DNA from: Orbicella franksi
Taxonomy: Eukaryota
Assembly: GCA_964199315.1 (NCBI GenBank)
Contig: OZ116699.1
Span: 18,290,001-18,354,000 of the forward strand
DNA: 64,000 nt
Reading direction: 5' to 3'
Below, piece by piece: positions 50,901 to 62,798 of the stretch. The notes beneath the pieces were generated by a model, which was not told the origin of the DNA, did not search any database, and saw only the letters and a list, made by a program, of their open reading frames with translations. A program made the position numbers and the translations under genes. Positions within the stretch are counted from its first letter, which is position 1. Every line of letters begins with the position of its first letter.

Positions 50901-53900
50901 TGAATAAAGCTTGTCATTATTCATTAATTGTACCCAATTTCGTGACCGTTATATACAGGTAAAAGATAATGAAATGGTGGATTCAGGAAGTCTAAAGGGT
51001 GACCGCATCCATTATATACAGGTGACCACTATATGCAGGTCAACTTAACAGTAAATATAAGGGATGATTTTTGGGAAGTTGTTCAGTGACCATTATACAC
51101 AGGGTGACCGCTATATACAGGGCCGTTATATACAGGTTTGACTGTATTGACTAATTGTGACCTCGTGACTACGATGTTGGCCAAAAGCAAGTTTGTTTGG
51201 CATGTTTATGGACCAGGAAGGTTCTTCCCACAAACAAAAATTTCAAATAATTTCATGTGAATCCCTGTGCAGAAACCCACAGCGTAAGTACATGTACCTG
51301 TACAGTACAGTGTGTACCTGTATATATATTTCTTTCCCTACTGTACATTGTGTTATCTCATCTCTGATACTGACTTTCGCGGGAAAAAATTAAAAACCCA
51401 GTGCTCATCAAAAATTATATTTTTTTACCAGAAATTTAGCTCGGAACATATACATATTTATTTTCGTTTGAATCGTCAATGAAATGACCTTTTCTGGATA
51501 TTTTTTCCTTCAGGGTCAACAGAAACCTCCAATTACAAAATCACGTCGAACCCAAATGTTGCAAAAAAATCTCCTCAAAACCCTGACTTTGAAGCAATAT
51601 ATCACTTTAGCGTTAATAGCTACCACAAATCGGCAGAAGGTAAATCTATTCCTTAACAATCCAGCATTATCGTGTTAAAATTTCAGCAAAATCGAACAAA
51701 ACCAGAATTAATTAGAATTTTTTTGTGACCTCACTACCCAGACTTGACCTAACAAAGGAAGCTACGGTCGCCCATAGCAACCGAAAAAGACGAACATAAC
51801 AAAGCTGACATTTTGGCCAAAAAACTCCAGAATTATCGCCTGAGAGCTTAAACTTGAATAGGAACATCTTTTTCGAACTTTTTTCAACCAATTTAGATGA
51901 AAGAATGGCCTCGGCGGGCTACAAAAAAGACCAAGAGAAAAAACAGAACAGGAAAGCATAAGAAGCCAATAATATTTCACCACGTGGCTTTCAGCATGAA
52001 AACGAAAATACAGCTTACTTCTGGATAAATTCAGCCTTAGAAGCCAGCAACTGGTCCCAAATTACTTTCTGTATCCATACAAATGTCCTGACTTCCATCT
52101 CCGAAAGAGTTTGCCCCAATTTTGAGCAAATAAACATTTTTCTGACAGCGACCGCCATTACGGTGGCTTGCATACTAAATTAGCTAACTTGACAAAACTC
52201 TCGCGAGGGGGGGGGGGGGGGATATGACGAAAAGAGCTGAAAAATGGCCTGTAATTGGCTAATGATGAGATCATCCCACTGTCCAAATTTGGTGAGAATC
52301 GAAAGTAATACCAATTTTCTGTCACGTTTTCAATCTGTGGCCACTGGAGTGACCAAAATTGATACATCAGTTGGGATAGAGTTTAATTAAGGCATTTTTT
52401 TTTTTTTTTTTTTTTTTTTGCTGTCTGGATGGCACTCTAGATGTGAATGAGGGCCAGTAACCAGCCAAGGTTTTGGCTTTCCAGCTTAAGGTTGTCCTTG
52501 TTTCACATTGCAGATCATCACAGGGATTACATGTAGCATGTTTCTTTTGGTTAACAATCAACAGTGAAAACTCTATATCATACATTCATTGACAACCTAC
52601 CCATACATGACTCACAATGCACTATAGTAATTAATAACAACTGCACCTCTCCTCCTTGGCAAACTTCATCAATAGTTTCATCATTGTTATCTTCACCTAG
52701 GTCATCATCCCTTGTGGGTGGGGCAACAGTTCCCAGTTTCTGAAGCGTCTGCTTGATGTTCTCTGCAAAAAAGTCATCCAGAGGAAAGCTGTTTCTACTG
52801 CCACGACTCTTTCTGCTCTTAAGACTGTGACTGCGACAGGCAGGAGAGGCTAACTCCTCCATCACATCAGTCAAGTCAAATGACGGTCTGAAAGGACGAT
52901 TGTAAATTGATGGCCTCTTCGCTGGTTGCTTATATGTACTGCCATTATTGCAAGCCACCTTGTTTAAATTTGCGACTTGCATAGCAGCTGCTGGATCATT
53001 TGTTTCCATGGCGATTTCTTCTCGTGCAGTTTTCACATTCACTTCCTCACCACTGTCTTTGGTAAGGAGCTCATCACGTCTTAGATTCTCCAATGGATCA
53101 ATATCAATGTTATCTGTTTCTATCATTTTGTCTTTGTCAACTGGATACTTGCTGATGGGAACCAAGGTGCCACTTGCTGCACATGCAAACAGCCATTCTC
53201 TAGTCACAACTGGAATATGCCACTTCACAGCTGCTTTGTATTTGTCCCCATCTGGATCTCGACACAGAAGATGTGTGCTTGCATGATAGTTACTGCTTGC
53301 CTTGCGAACAAAGTACTCCTGACAGTGGGCACCTGGAAACACAACAACACAGTACTGACTCAGTCAAATCAGATATTCCCAATATTTACTAGCAACTATA
53401 AAATAATGCAATTCACAATAACAACATTCCAAACCTAGTGAATCAATCCTAACCACTGACCTGACTCATTTTATGGCTACAGTCACTGCACATGATGATA
53501 AACTGGGAATTACCGTACCAAAAAAGTCAATTTTGCAGACTACATGTACATATACATGTATTTCCTTTGATTCTACAAACACCTTCAAAACAGCTGTCTT
53601 TACAAATTAAACAAAATTTTCTAATCATATCAATTCACACATACTGCTATCGATAACACTGTTCTTGCTGAGTGACAGACATTGCTGAGTGATGCCATTT
53701 TCATTTGCAACAACAAAAAAGCACAACAAAACAAAGACCATAAGCCAGGTTTCCTTTTCTTTCTTTTGCATTGATTCCTGTTGCCCTTTGTGGAAAGGGG
53801 TGGTTTTTCAATAGGCCACAAGTTTTTGCATTTCTGAGTTCCCATTATTATGCCTCAGTCTCCATATGAGTCCTTGCGTGAAACCATCAAAGAAAATGAG

Positions 53901-55903
53901 TTTGACTTGCATGAAAAAGAATCTCTAGGGGGAGAAAATGTTCACAAGAATGGTTTCACACAGACTCTTTTTGACACAGAGGTAGAAGACAACTTGGAAA
54001 TGACCTGTTTTACAAGTAGGTACTAATATAATAACTACATTAATTTTGTTAATAATAATTACATGATTATTAACGAACGCAGATATATCAAACTAAAACA
54101 TCATATTAAAAATTGGCTTGACCAACCCAAAAGTTCAGCCACTTGATACATGTGATCTCTCTCTACCCCGGTAAACTGGCTGATTGACAATACACATCCC
54201 TTGAGTGGTTGGCTTGCTGCTGGGATAGTGAAGGGCTTAAAGAGAAAGCTATCATCCAGTGCCAATAGATGGCCACATTCCAAACTCTGTTCCAACCAGC
54301 AAAACGTCACCTACAACCACACAAAAATCATAAAACACAACATATTAAACTATCTACATTGTACTCATATTTAGTGGCCCATACAGCTGGAGCTTATCCT
54401 GGCCTCTATAGCATTAAGCGACTGGAATGGGATGCTCGTCCATCACAAGGTTACCCTCAGCATTTGTTGGTACCCATTTATTCACCTGGGTGAAGAAAGG
54501 CAATGTGAGAGTAAAGTGTCTTCCCCAAGAACATAACACAATGTCCCTGGCCAGGACGGTGGTTTGATCCAGAGTCAAGTATACCAACCATTAGACCACT
54601 GCACCGCCAACTCCTGTACAGTACAGTTTTGTTGACGCAGAAAAAGGAAAAATATTACATGTACATCTTAACTTAGTTGTCTAGAATTACAGATAAATTG
54701 TTTTTTAAAAAAAAAAAATAGTAAAGTTACTTACTAACTGCTTTGCTTGCAACTTCTCATCAGGAACCATATTCATTGGCAAAATTGCATAGTCAGCAGT
54801 TTGTCCCCTGGCCACGTGCTTTCCTCCATTACTTTCTATGAGTTGCCAAAGGTGTGCCACATGCTCATTAGCAAAGCCAGCAACTGTTAAACACTTCTCA
54901 GAAAGTAAGCCATCTTGTTCAGGTTCACCTTCCTCATCAAGTGTTGCATCAGGGTCTGCATTGGTGCTAGGTTTATCTAATTAATCAAGAACTTACTAAT
55001 TTCATCCCAGTATCATTTATATATAATTTATACAGCTCACAAAATTAATGTTATTTACCAAGCACAAGGGCTTTCATATAATGAGACAATATCACCCCTG
55101 TAGACACTGTATATCAGTACATGGAAATCTTGACAGTTGAAATGTTTTCATGGATTACAGGGGAAAAAAATCAGCTGCCTATGGTGACAAGTCAGAGGAT
55201 GACATTGCCTGCCTGGTTTGACCATCTTAGAGGAAAGGGTTTTTATAACAAAGTTCAGTTCAAAATGTTTTGTCAGCCTGTGAAAACTAGTTGCTCTAAT
55301 GCTGAAAACATTGATAAAACCCCTGGTGTTTGGCTTTTGATGAAACCTCCATCTTCCATACTTCCTTACCAAGGATGGCAGAAAACTACTGTAGTTGAAA
55401 GACTTTACTTTGTTATACTGTACCTATTAGCTGCTCACTGGGATTTGTTCGTGGAGGGTTTTGTGCAGATGTACTGGCATTGTCCATATTCTCAGTCAAG
55501 TACTGCTGGAAAACGTCATCGTCATCTTCAAAGGCATCATCTTGAAGTTTAGCGATTTTTACATTTTTATAATTAGCTGACACTTTTGGTTGAGGTGCAG
55601 GATTGTTTTCTGGTGCTGTCACAAGATTTCCTTCAGGATTTTCATTTTCCTTGCATGAAGTGGAAAGTTCTTCTTTGTCTATCAGATAATCTGCGAAAGG
55701 GAACAACAGTGTGCAGTCCAATAAAATATACAAGTGATGTACTGTAGAACTTCACTTGATTCTCAAGAGTTTATTACGTTTGTGTGAAGAAGTCAGGTTA
55801 TTGTCTGGCTTATATTAGAGACTACAAGTGTGTGTGTTTACAGCATGAACATCTCAATAATCAAGCATAAATACTTTACTGCCAAAATATCATTCCAACA
55901 GGT

Positions 55904-55938
<35 letters not shown>

Positions 55939-58284
55939 TTACAGCTGTATGTATTAAACATATCCAGATTTGCACAGTAAAGACCAAGGCCAACACGTGT
56001 ATTAAGCTTGGCTAACAGATATGTATAATAGGAAAAGAGCTGTAGAAACTTTATCTGGTCTAAGCACACCTTCTGACAGGGTGCGGGGTGCAGGAACTGC
56101 ACAATTCCGCCAAAACCGCACAATTCCCTCATCAAATCCTGCACAACACTTAAAGATTTGCTTAAATATTGAAGTAAAACAACCTCTTATTGGTCGCAGA
56201 GATTATTTTCTTTTCAAAACAAACGAGCAATCTTCCACTTTCCTCAAATGAAGTGCATGGGCAAATACAACAATGGCAAGGCATCAACTTACATTAATTT
56301 TGCAGATGAATTTACATAAACATTAGGGGATAACTTTGGAGAATTTGTAAACCTTAACGCACTAAATGATGAAATGTTCAAGCTACACATTTTCACTGAA
56401 TTAAACAAAAAAGGTAAAGGAACTCAATTATACTGGAATATATTTTACTTTACTATGGTATTCTATAGATTTTGGTTTCATAAACATCGAGTTTAGTCAT
56501 GTCACAACATGACTTTGTTCAGACAGAGTCAGTCAGAGACAGTTTGTTCAAACAAGTGGCAATTGCTACGTGGTATTTGAACTAGTGAAATAAATCTGGC
56601 TAAATATTCATCAATACAGTATTTCCTTGCTGTAGGAATTAGCAAGAACACTAGAAATTGAGATTTGGTTCATCAAAAGATTGCACAATCCCACACAATT
56701 CCCCGCACAATTGAAGTCTTTTTTTTTCCAGAACCCTGTCAGAAGGTCAGTCTAATACTGTTTGTTTGATTTCAATCATTTGGTCTTCTCAGTAATGTTA
56801 ACAGTGACGTAAATGCTAGCATGGAATTGCACTTTTAGTAATTTGATTGTAGGCAAATCAATATTTTGAGTGTTCTTACTTTCTTCTGCTAGCTTTTTCC
56901 CTTCCCTTGCAGAATCCAGAATCCACTGAACACCCACAACAAACATGTGAAATTCACAATTCCTCAGCAATTCAAAGTCTTCATCAACTTTGTCTCCAAT
57001 GATAACATGAGACACAATCTCATTGATCTGATTGAATCTTGTCCCTCCTCCAGAATTAATGATCTTTCTTAGCTTTTCCAGCTTTGCTCCACAAAATCCA
57101 CTCAAGTAAATCTTGCAACCATCCAGAAACATATTTCCAGGCTGGATTCTCACATCAAAGTCAGAGCTTCCTAAATCGGAAATGTGAGTTTCTCCTAATC
57201 TGGAAACACTGTCAAAATTTCTGGATTGATTAGATGACAAGTTACTCTTCCTTCCAGAACCAGACTTAAGATCTTTGTCACCATGCTTTTGTGCACTTTT
57301 GTATGCCGCTTGTGCAGCTTTTTTGGAAATCTTCTTCTCTGCGCTACTCTTGGAGGAAGCCATACCAGCGTTGTTACATTTGGTCAAGCTACGTGACAAT
57401 CTCATCCCTGCCTGAGAACTGTTGTTTACATCGTCACTTAATGTATAATAGTTTGACTCCTCAAGACAGACACCAGACTGAATTGAGTCATAAAACCACT
57501 GAGTACAAACACAATGAAGATTCCACCTCCTTGCAAACTCATATTTTTCTCCCCTGGGAGTATCCACAAGCAAGTGGGTACAAGTGTTCATGTTGAGTTC
57601 TCCTGAGTATGTACCACCATGTTGTGCAACAAGTTTTTTGATTTCTTTCCTTTTCTCAGCATCAATACCTGTCACACAAAGGGTAATGCCCTTGAATGTT
57701 GGGCATAAGTATTCCATGAACTCTTCATCTGTTGCACAAATATGCTTATCATGACAAAGTTCCCAACACTTATAAACCCATTGAGGTAACAAGATTGGTT
57801 TATTAAAACTACACGCAACTCTGTACTTCTTGGAGCCTACTTCGCCCGCAACTAGGTGAGTCACTGAACTGGTGAAGTCTTTCATTACAATGCCTCCCAT
57901 AAGCTGAATAAGCTCGTAAAGTCTGTCTCTTTCCTGCTTGGGCACACTGGTACAGCTGACAGCAATGCCTCGCATGGCAATGGAATAAACTGGGTACTGT
58001 ACATTTGGCAAAGACGTCTTTGTCTGTAAACAAGACAATATACATTGCGGACCAACGATCCTACACTTGTTTACCTTCAAATATTCGAAGTCCTCTCCTT
58101 CGAAATTCTCCAAAACAAACACGGATCGCCTTGCTTCCAAATCAACATCACGCAAGTCACATGCAGGAATCCATTCGCTGTCAAGTGCATATTCTTTGCT
58201 GGCTTCCGATGCTCGTTGCAGATATTCCTCCTTCGATTTATCAACGCTTACAAAGCTAAGAACTGGCTCATCGCCGCTCTCCAT
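41618..58284 (-). CDS. TOPBP1: DNA topoisomerase II-binding protein 1 (multi-BRCT checkpoint/replication scaffold), ~14 exons, ~1590 aa
   Basis: Exons 58284-56880, 55690-55424, 54976-54735, 54310-54127, 53332-~52665 (donor ambiguous, alternative 52647), 50203-50042, 49379-49182, 48719-48447, 44968-44822, 44429-44205, 43709-43318, 42672-42477, 42317-42134 and 41856-41618. Phases are consistent throughout. The domains run in TOPBP1 order: BRCT0-3, BRCT4/5, BRCT6 (SKKLTQQQ...LGADYRW), ATR-activation-domain motif EHSQ...ITYDDP, BRCT7/8 ([16 protein letters not shown]; AFSGWVVLL), and a C-terminal basic NLS-like end. Confidence 0.93.
41940..41970. repeat. (GT)15 microsatellite in the last TOPBP1 intron
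   Basis: Read directly from the sequence. Confidence 0.95.
43816..43970. mobile_element. Tc1/mariner-type MITE (TA-CAGTTGA... termini), degenerate
   Basis: Starts TACAGTTGATCCCCGCTAT and ends ...GGTCCAACTATA. Internal repeated (G)TTCGAA(A/T)TA. Confidence 0.55.
46099..46112 (+). promoter_or_regulatory. RFX X-box-like site upstream of the nested stathmin-like gene
   Basis: GTAACCAAGACAAC versus the consensus GTTGCCATGGCAAC / GTNRCCN(0-3)RGYAAC, about 90 bp upstream of ATG 46203. CACGTG and CCAAT motifs lie further upstream (~45715-45765). Confidence 0.5.
46203..47459 (+). CDS. Stathmin-like domain protein (STMND1/CCDC198-type), 2 exons, ~393 aa, nested antisense in a TOPBP1 intron
   Basis: Exon 1 is 46203-47228 (AAC|GTAAGT), the intron is 75 nt, and exon 2 is 47304-47459 (TTGCCAG|, ends ...YEWEDFFQD*). 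[10 protein letters not shown]...PRRLSKL...KLLAAEERK matches the stathmin core (SGQAFELIL...KLEAAEERR) and is followed by a long coiled coil. It lies entirely within TOPBP1 intron 44969-48446. Confidence 0.8.
48870..49085 (-). mobile_element. SINE-like repeat, degenerate copy
   Basis: GGAATGCTAGTCCATCA and GGATGGAGAGACACAG.GTGAAGTA..GTGTCTTAGCAAAGAACACAAC are homologous to the copies at 8745 and 54371. Confidence 0.55.
50295..51144. mobile_element. Non-autonomous Tc1/mariner (pogo-like) DNA transposon, 850 bp
   Basis: TA|CAGTCAAACCTGTATA ... TATACAGGTTTGACTG|TA gives perfect 16-bp TIRs with a TA duplication. Subterminal TATACAGG(G)TGACC repeats are present. No transposase ORF. Confidence 0.9.
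54371..54608 (-). mobile_element. SINE-like repeat, best copy, with remnant tRNA-like head on the minus strand
   Basis: GTGGCCCATACAGCTGGAGCTTATCC...GGTACCCATTTAT.CACCTGGGTG...GTGAGAGTAAAGTGTCTT.CCCAAGAACA...ATGTCCC. The minus-strand 5' end has an A-box-like TGGTCTAATGG. Confidence 0.7.
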
Positions 58285-58545
58285 TTGAAATCCTGGCGCG
58301 TGGATGAAATCGACAAAATGTCAAGCACTTTAATTTTCATCCGCCATCTTGGATTGCGCCGAAGTCGAAAAACCGAATAGTTCCGGTCCAAGACGATCAA
58401 ATTGGGACCACTTTGGTTGTTATAATCCTGTACTTTTAACAATTTATACTCTATAATGTAGTTTTTTGTTCAAAAGAATGGTTTAAATCTTAAAATTTCC
58501 AAAAACGTCGCACAAAACAAATGCCAATCTTTTTGGCGGGAAAAA
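58285..58545. promoter_or_regulatory. TOPBP1 promoter region with E2F, CCAAT, YY1 and CHR-like motifs
   Basis: TTTTGGCGGGAAAA at 58531-58544 (E2F consensus), GCCAAT at 58523-58528, CCGCCATCTT at 58341-58350 (YY1), and TTTGAA..TGGCGCG next to the ATG. TOPBP1 is an established E2F target in vertebrates. Confidence 0.55.
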
Positions 58546-59124
58546 ATAAGCATGCGCAACATGTTCGAAATTTGTGAATATTTCCCATGAATCCTTGCAA
58601 GACAAAATCAAATATTTCAGCAATTTGTGTCGCATTTTGGGATACTTCCGTGCAGACGGACATTGAAAGCGATTGCAGTTTCTGGTCTTTTTTAGTGTCG
58701 TTTTGCGTCCTTTGATATCTACTGAGAACGCTGCGAATTTGCCCTTTGATAGGAGTTGATCAAACGAGGAAATGCGCTGAGAGGACCCCGGAAACTCGTC
58801 ATACAATCTTCACCAGCAAGCAACAACTTGCCAAATATGCACAAGGTCATTAAGAAAAACATCGTTTAAGTCCTGGAAGATTGAGAAATAAAGGTGAGAT
58901 CGCTTAAATGAACTCATTGTAAATCAAATACAAGTACCTCTGGAGCTCTAGAGACGTTAAACGCTTAACAAGTCATTAATCTGAACGTAATCCAATGATG
59001 TAATGCAGGTACTGTAACTTAACTTATTCATTCGAAGCTGATGTTGCGTTAACGTTTTACCAATTTGACAATTTTGTGCCTAACGTTTGCTCACAATTAT
59101 TGCTCCGTACCACATTAGATAGCT

Positions 59125-59190
59125 CGTGGGTTCAAAGACTGTGAGGGACTTTGATTTTTCTTTGTCCCTCACACATATGACGTGATAAAT
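59125..59190 (+). repeat. Degenerate fragment of the tRNA-mimic repeat family
   Basis: GTGGGTTCAAAGACTGTGAGGGACTTTGATTTTTCTTTGTCCC aligns with ATGGGTTCGATTCCTGTCGGGGACTCAGAATTTTTCTTTGTCCC at 36672-36715. Confidence 0.6.
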
Positions 59191-59331
59191 AGTAAAACTT
59201 AATTACATGTATATTTATCACTCTCGAAGTATTTACAACTTTAGAGCATACTGATACAGTAGGCTTAGAATAATTTAATGGGTGTATAAAAAATTTCTTC
59301 CACTTAGACATACGCAAAGCTGATAACCAGG

Positions 59332-62300
59332 ATGCATATATATCTCAAAGATGGACATCAGAGGCGCTGGGTAACTGATGTCCACCTTCAAGATGGGTTT
59401 TGCCCCTGTATTGGTAATGGATTGACACGGAAGTCCTGTGCAAATGTATCAAGATTGGAGCCTGCCATTTGGTTTAAAGTTCTTGTGCTGGAGTCTGTCT
59501 CAGTAGACTGTGGAAGAAGGATAGTTAGTTGGTCCACTGGAAGTCATTGTGAAGGTTAGTTAAACTAATTAAACAACAGGAAAACATTAAAAGAGGACCT
59601 GCATGCAGATTTCCTTTTCTCTTCCTGTCTCTCTTCTCTTCCTGATCATCGTAGTTACATGTACATACACACGCTGCTTAAGTTGTGTACATAACTGGGT
59701 TTATCATTGATTTTTTCATGAAGAATGTATTTTGTAACACCTGTGACTCACACCCAAATGATATGACATGTTGGTGCACAGGCTTGATCTTAAAATTTGT
59801 TTTTAGAATTAAATGATAGCATCATTGTGGTGCGACAACTTTCAGAGTATTCTTGAAAGTGATTAGATGAAGGGGTGCCTGAAATGAAGCCCTAAGTGAC
59901 TTTTGGAAATTTTCAAGGTAGCTACAATTGAAATATCTCCCAGCAATTTTCATAGATCATTCTGGTATTAATTATTGTCTTAAAAGAACTAGTATTAAAG
60001 AACTAGTTATTTTAAGACATAATAAAAAACCAAAGTAAACTGTGAAAATTGCTGGGAGGTATTTCAATCCTAGCGAACTCAAAATTTTCCAAAAGTCACT
60101 TAGGGCTTTATTCCAGGCACCCTGTCAAATTTGGAACTTTACAAGGTACTTAGTACTTTAACATAGGCTTGGCAAAATGGTGCTTTCTCTGAGAGCCAGC
60201 TGTTACCTAATTTCACAGACAGGAAGAGAGCTTATAAAGTTTCACAAGAAAAAAATACTTAAGGTAACAGTTAAAGGTAGTTAGGCTATTACGTTCCTGG
60301 TGGAACAAAGGGTGGTTACAATGCTGCGTCAGCAGACTCTGTTCGCGGCTGTTCTTTTTACCGTAGTCCAGTGATGTTGGCTTCTTTAAGCCCCTCTTCC
60401 ACTGATCTCCTCCAGGTTTTCAGTGGTCTTCCTACCTTCCTTTTACCCTGCAGATTCCATTCAAGGGCCTGTCTGGTTGTATCAGATATTGTTTTCCGCA
60501 ATGTGTGGCCAATCCAATTCCATTTGCTCCTAGCGATCTCTGCTGGAATACATTCTCGCTATCCATTCCATCTGCTTGAATCATATCTGCCAAGCACTGC
60601 AATGTCATAGCGGCGCATTTCGTTTGCCATTTGTGCGGCGTTACTTGTATCGTACATGGTATGTACATTCCAGATCCCAATCTTTGTTATAGCCTTCATC
60701 GTCAGAAGAGATCTCATCCATCTGGCTCCTGGCAGGGTTTCGCCAGATGGTGTCATATAGCTCACGGAAGAGACCCCCTCACGAGTCAGGCTGGTCATAC
60801 TCAGTATTGTCTCCGTTTCTGTAATCATTTGTATCCACTGGTGGATGATTGGCTCAGTCAGCTTCACCAGGGTCCCCGTTAACCAGCACGTTTCAGGGTA
60901 GATCCAGGCAGGCCTTCATGGCTACTGTAGCAGCTCGGGAAGATTAATCCATCACCATGCATCACTCTGCCTAGCAATCCCCTACTTTGCCTGTTTTCAC
61001 CTCCTACAACATGGACGTGGGAATTGGATTTTGGGAGACACAGTATAAAGTTATACTTATAAAGTTTCACAAGAAAAAATACTTGAGGTAACAGTTAAAG
61101 ATGCAAAGGCAGAAATGCTGGGTGCTTGCTTATTAATGAGCCTCCTTGATTTTTTAACCACGCAGCCATGGGCTGAGCACTGTTCATGTTCTCTGCATTG
61201 TTTATTTTTATTTTTTTTTTTTTTTTTTTCGTTTTGTCGGTGACGAGACCCAAACTTCCTCTCAGCCAAATTTTTAATTCATGCAACCTGTGATGTTTAT
61301 TCACAAAAAGCTCTTGAAACATTAATACACGGACAATGTTACGGACATTGTTTTTCTTACTGTGTGTAAAATATATTTTCTTTTGGTTTTATCAAAGCAT
61401 TGGATTCAAAGGGAATAATAAATCCACTAAAAAAGTTATTATGTCAGCCATGGAATGCGCTGACGTTGCAGCTCTCTCTTTTGCTACGTGACAAAAAAGA
61501 TGGTGTTTACTTTGCAAGTTTATTTTGCCCGGGGGGACAGTCTTTTTAGTTTTCCAAGTATTTTTCATATTTTGAGACAAGAGAAGTGAATTGCCATGCT
61601 GTTTTATTGAAGCAAGTTCAGAGATCAGAAGGAAAATTAAATATTTGCAAGCCAAGCAAAGAACCTGTCAGAACATGCAAGGATTGCGTCATTGGTAGGG
61701 AAATAACCACCGTACTAAAGATAGTCGTGGATAATGTTAATTCTTGAATTATGTGACTCATGTGACTACTTTGCTAAAACCAATTACTTTTAAGAAAGCA
61801 AGCTGTTGTTAATAGTGTTATTATTGTATTGTTTATATCATTCATGCCCGTACATATCCCGAAGGAAGTTCCAGATTAAGACCATTAGGTTATCAGAGAT
61901 TTCACAACAGCTACAACTGATGGTGCAATAATACACTTTGTGTTGATCAAGTGATGTGGTGTCTACAGTAATCAATGAATCATCAAGGACTACTTTGTAA
62001 TGTGCACTGCATTGCAGCTGTAGTGCTAAGAAAACAGTTAAATTTTAAAAGCACGGTTATAAGATCTAGAAGATCTTGGTATTAGAGCTTTACATCTCTG
62101 GTCTCCTGTAATTCAGTTGTAAAGGAGACAGGCAAATCATCTTTAGAGGCTTGTAACAAGTTGGCAAATGTTGTGAAACCATCAGTTAACTTACAATAAA
62201 CAAGCTTCCATATATAGCCAAATCATGTAGTTTTATTAAACAGGGTTGCCACAGGTCAGGAAATGGTCTTAGGAAAAAAATGAAAAGAATATTTTGGTTA

Positions 62301-62720
62301 AGAAATTCCTAATTTTTCTTTAGCAAAACTCTGTATGGCACAATGCCTAATCTGGTGGTGCTCAAAATTGGGTGCTTGTGGGACAGGGGATAGGAAGACC
62401 TGTCTTGCTCTGGCAAGGAGGATGATTCTTGATCCTTCTGCCCTTTAAAAAATTTCAGCCATACTGTAAGGAATCAAAAGAGAAGGGGGCTATCTGCATG
62501 GTCCCCTCCCTAGACCCTTAGATCTGCTATTGTTGTCATAACGATGGGATTTACATGTTAAGTGATATATTTGTAATGCCTGTTTGGTTATTCCTTAGAC
62601 CCTGACTTGCCCAATCAGCAAACCTTTTATATGGAAGGAGAATGTTATGATTATGATGCGGACATTGATGAACTGTTTGTTTTGGCTGGAAAAATCATTT
62701 GCCCAGCTGGTCAAGAAGAG
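59332..62720 (+). CDS. Putative 5' portion of an unidentified gene divergent from TOPBP1 (partial)
   Basis: Exon 62599-62720 has strong sites (TTATTCCTTAG| ... GAG|GTATGT) and an open, protein-like frame (DPDLPNQQTFYMEGECYDYDADIDELFVLAGKIICPAGQEE). It joins in phase 1 to ORF exon 59332-59554 (GAAG|GTTAGT). A possible UTR donor is at 58894 and a possible next acceptor at 63759-63760. No homolog recognised. Confidence 0.4.
59873..60122. mobile_element. 250-bp foldback/MITE (near-complete palindrome)
   Basis: GGGTGCCTGAAATGAAGCCCTAAGTGACTTTTGGAAA... pairs with ...TTTCCAAAAGTCACTTAGGGCTTTATTCCAGGCACCC. The arms extend over 80 bp with a few mismatches, plus an inner TCTTAAAA/TTTTAAGA arm. Confidence 0.85.
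60277..61055 (-). mobile_element. Internally deleted (bipartite) RTE-clade retrotransposon with ~45-bp TSD
   Basis: The minus strand encodes the APE start (IGIWNVHTM...QMANEMRRYDIAVLG...SRWNG) fused directly to the RTE C-terminus (KWNWIGHTLRK...RQALEWNLQGKRKVGRP.KTWRRSVEE). Direct repeats at 60231-60276 and 61056-61100 differ by one substitution and one A. Confidence 0.9.
60976..61039 (-). ncRNA. HDV-like self-cleaving ribozyme fold at the RTE 5' end (probably decayed)
   Basis: GUCUCCC (P1) AAAAUCC AAUUCCC (P2) ACG (P3) UCCAUGU (L3) UGU (P3') AGGAGGU (P1') GAAAACAGG C* AAAGUA GGGGAUU (P2'). It has the G1-U wobble, a CPEB3-like L3 and a candidate catalytic C at 60989. P4 is essentially absent and J4/2 is long. 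Confidence 0.6.
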
Positions 62721-62798
62721 GTATGTTTTACTTTGAAGGCTTCTACAGATGTATAGTGCTATTAAAATTTAAAAACTATATAAGACATGAATATGTAT

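Noticed and set aside
52395-52420. Long T homopolymers (also ~3383, ~55905, ~61210) and the G run at ~52207
   Set aside because: Ordinary low-complexity tracts with no TSD or associated retrocopy identified.
59332-62720. Faint resemblance of the unknown plus-strand protein to the HELB N-terminus
   Set aside because: Only a few scattered identities recalled from memory; not enough to name the gene without a profile search.
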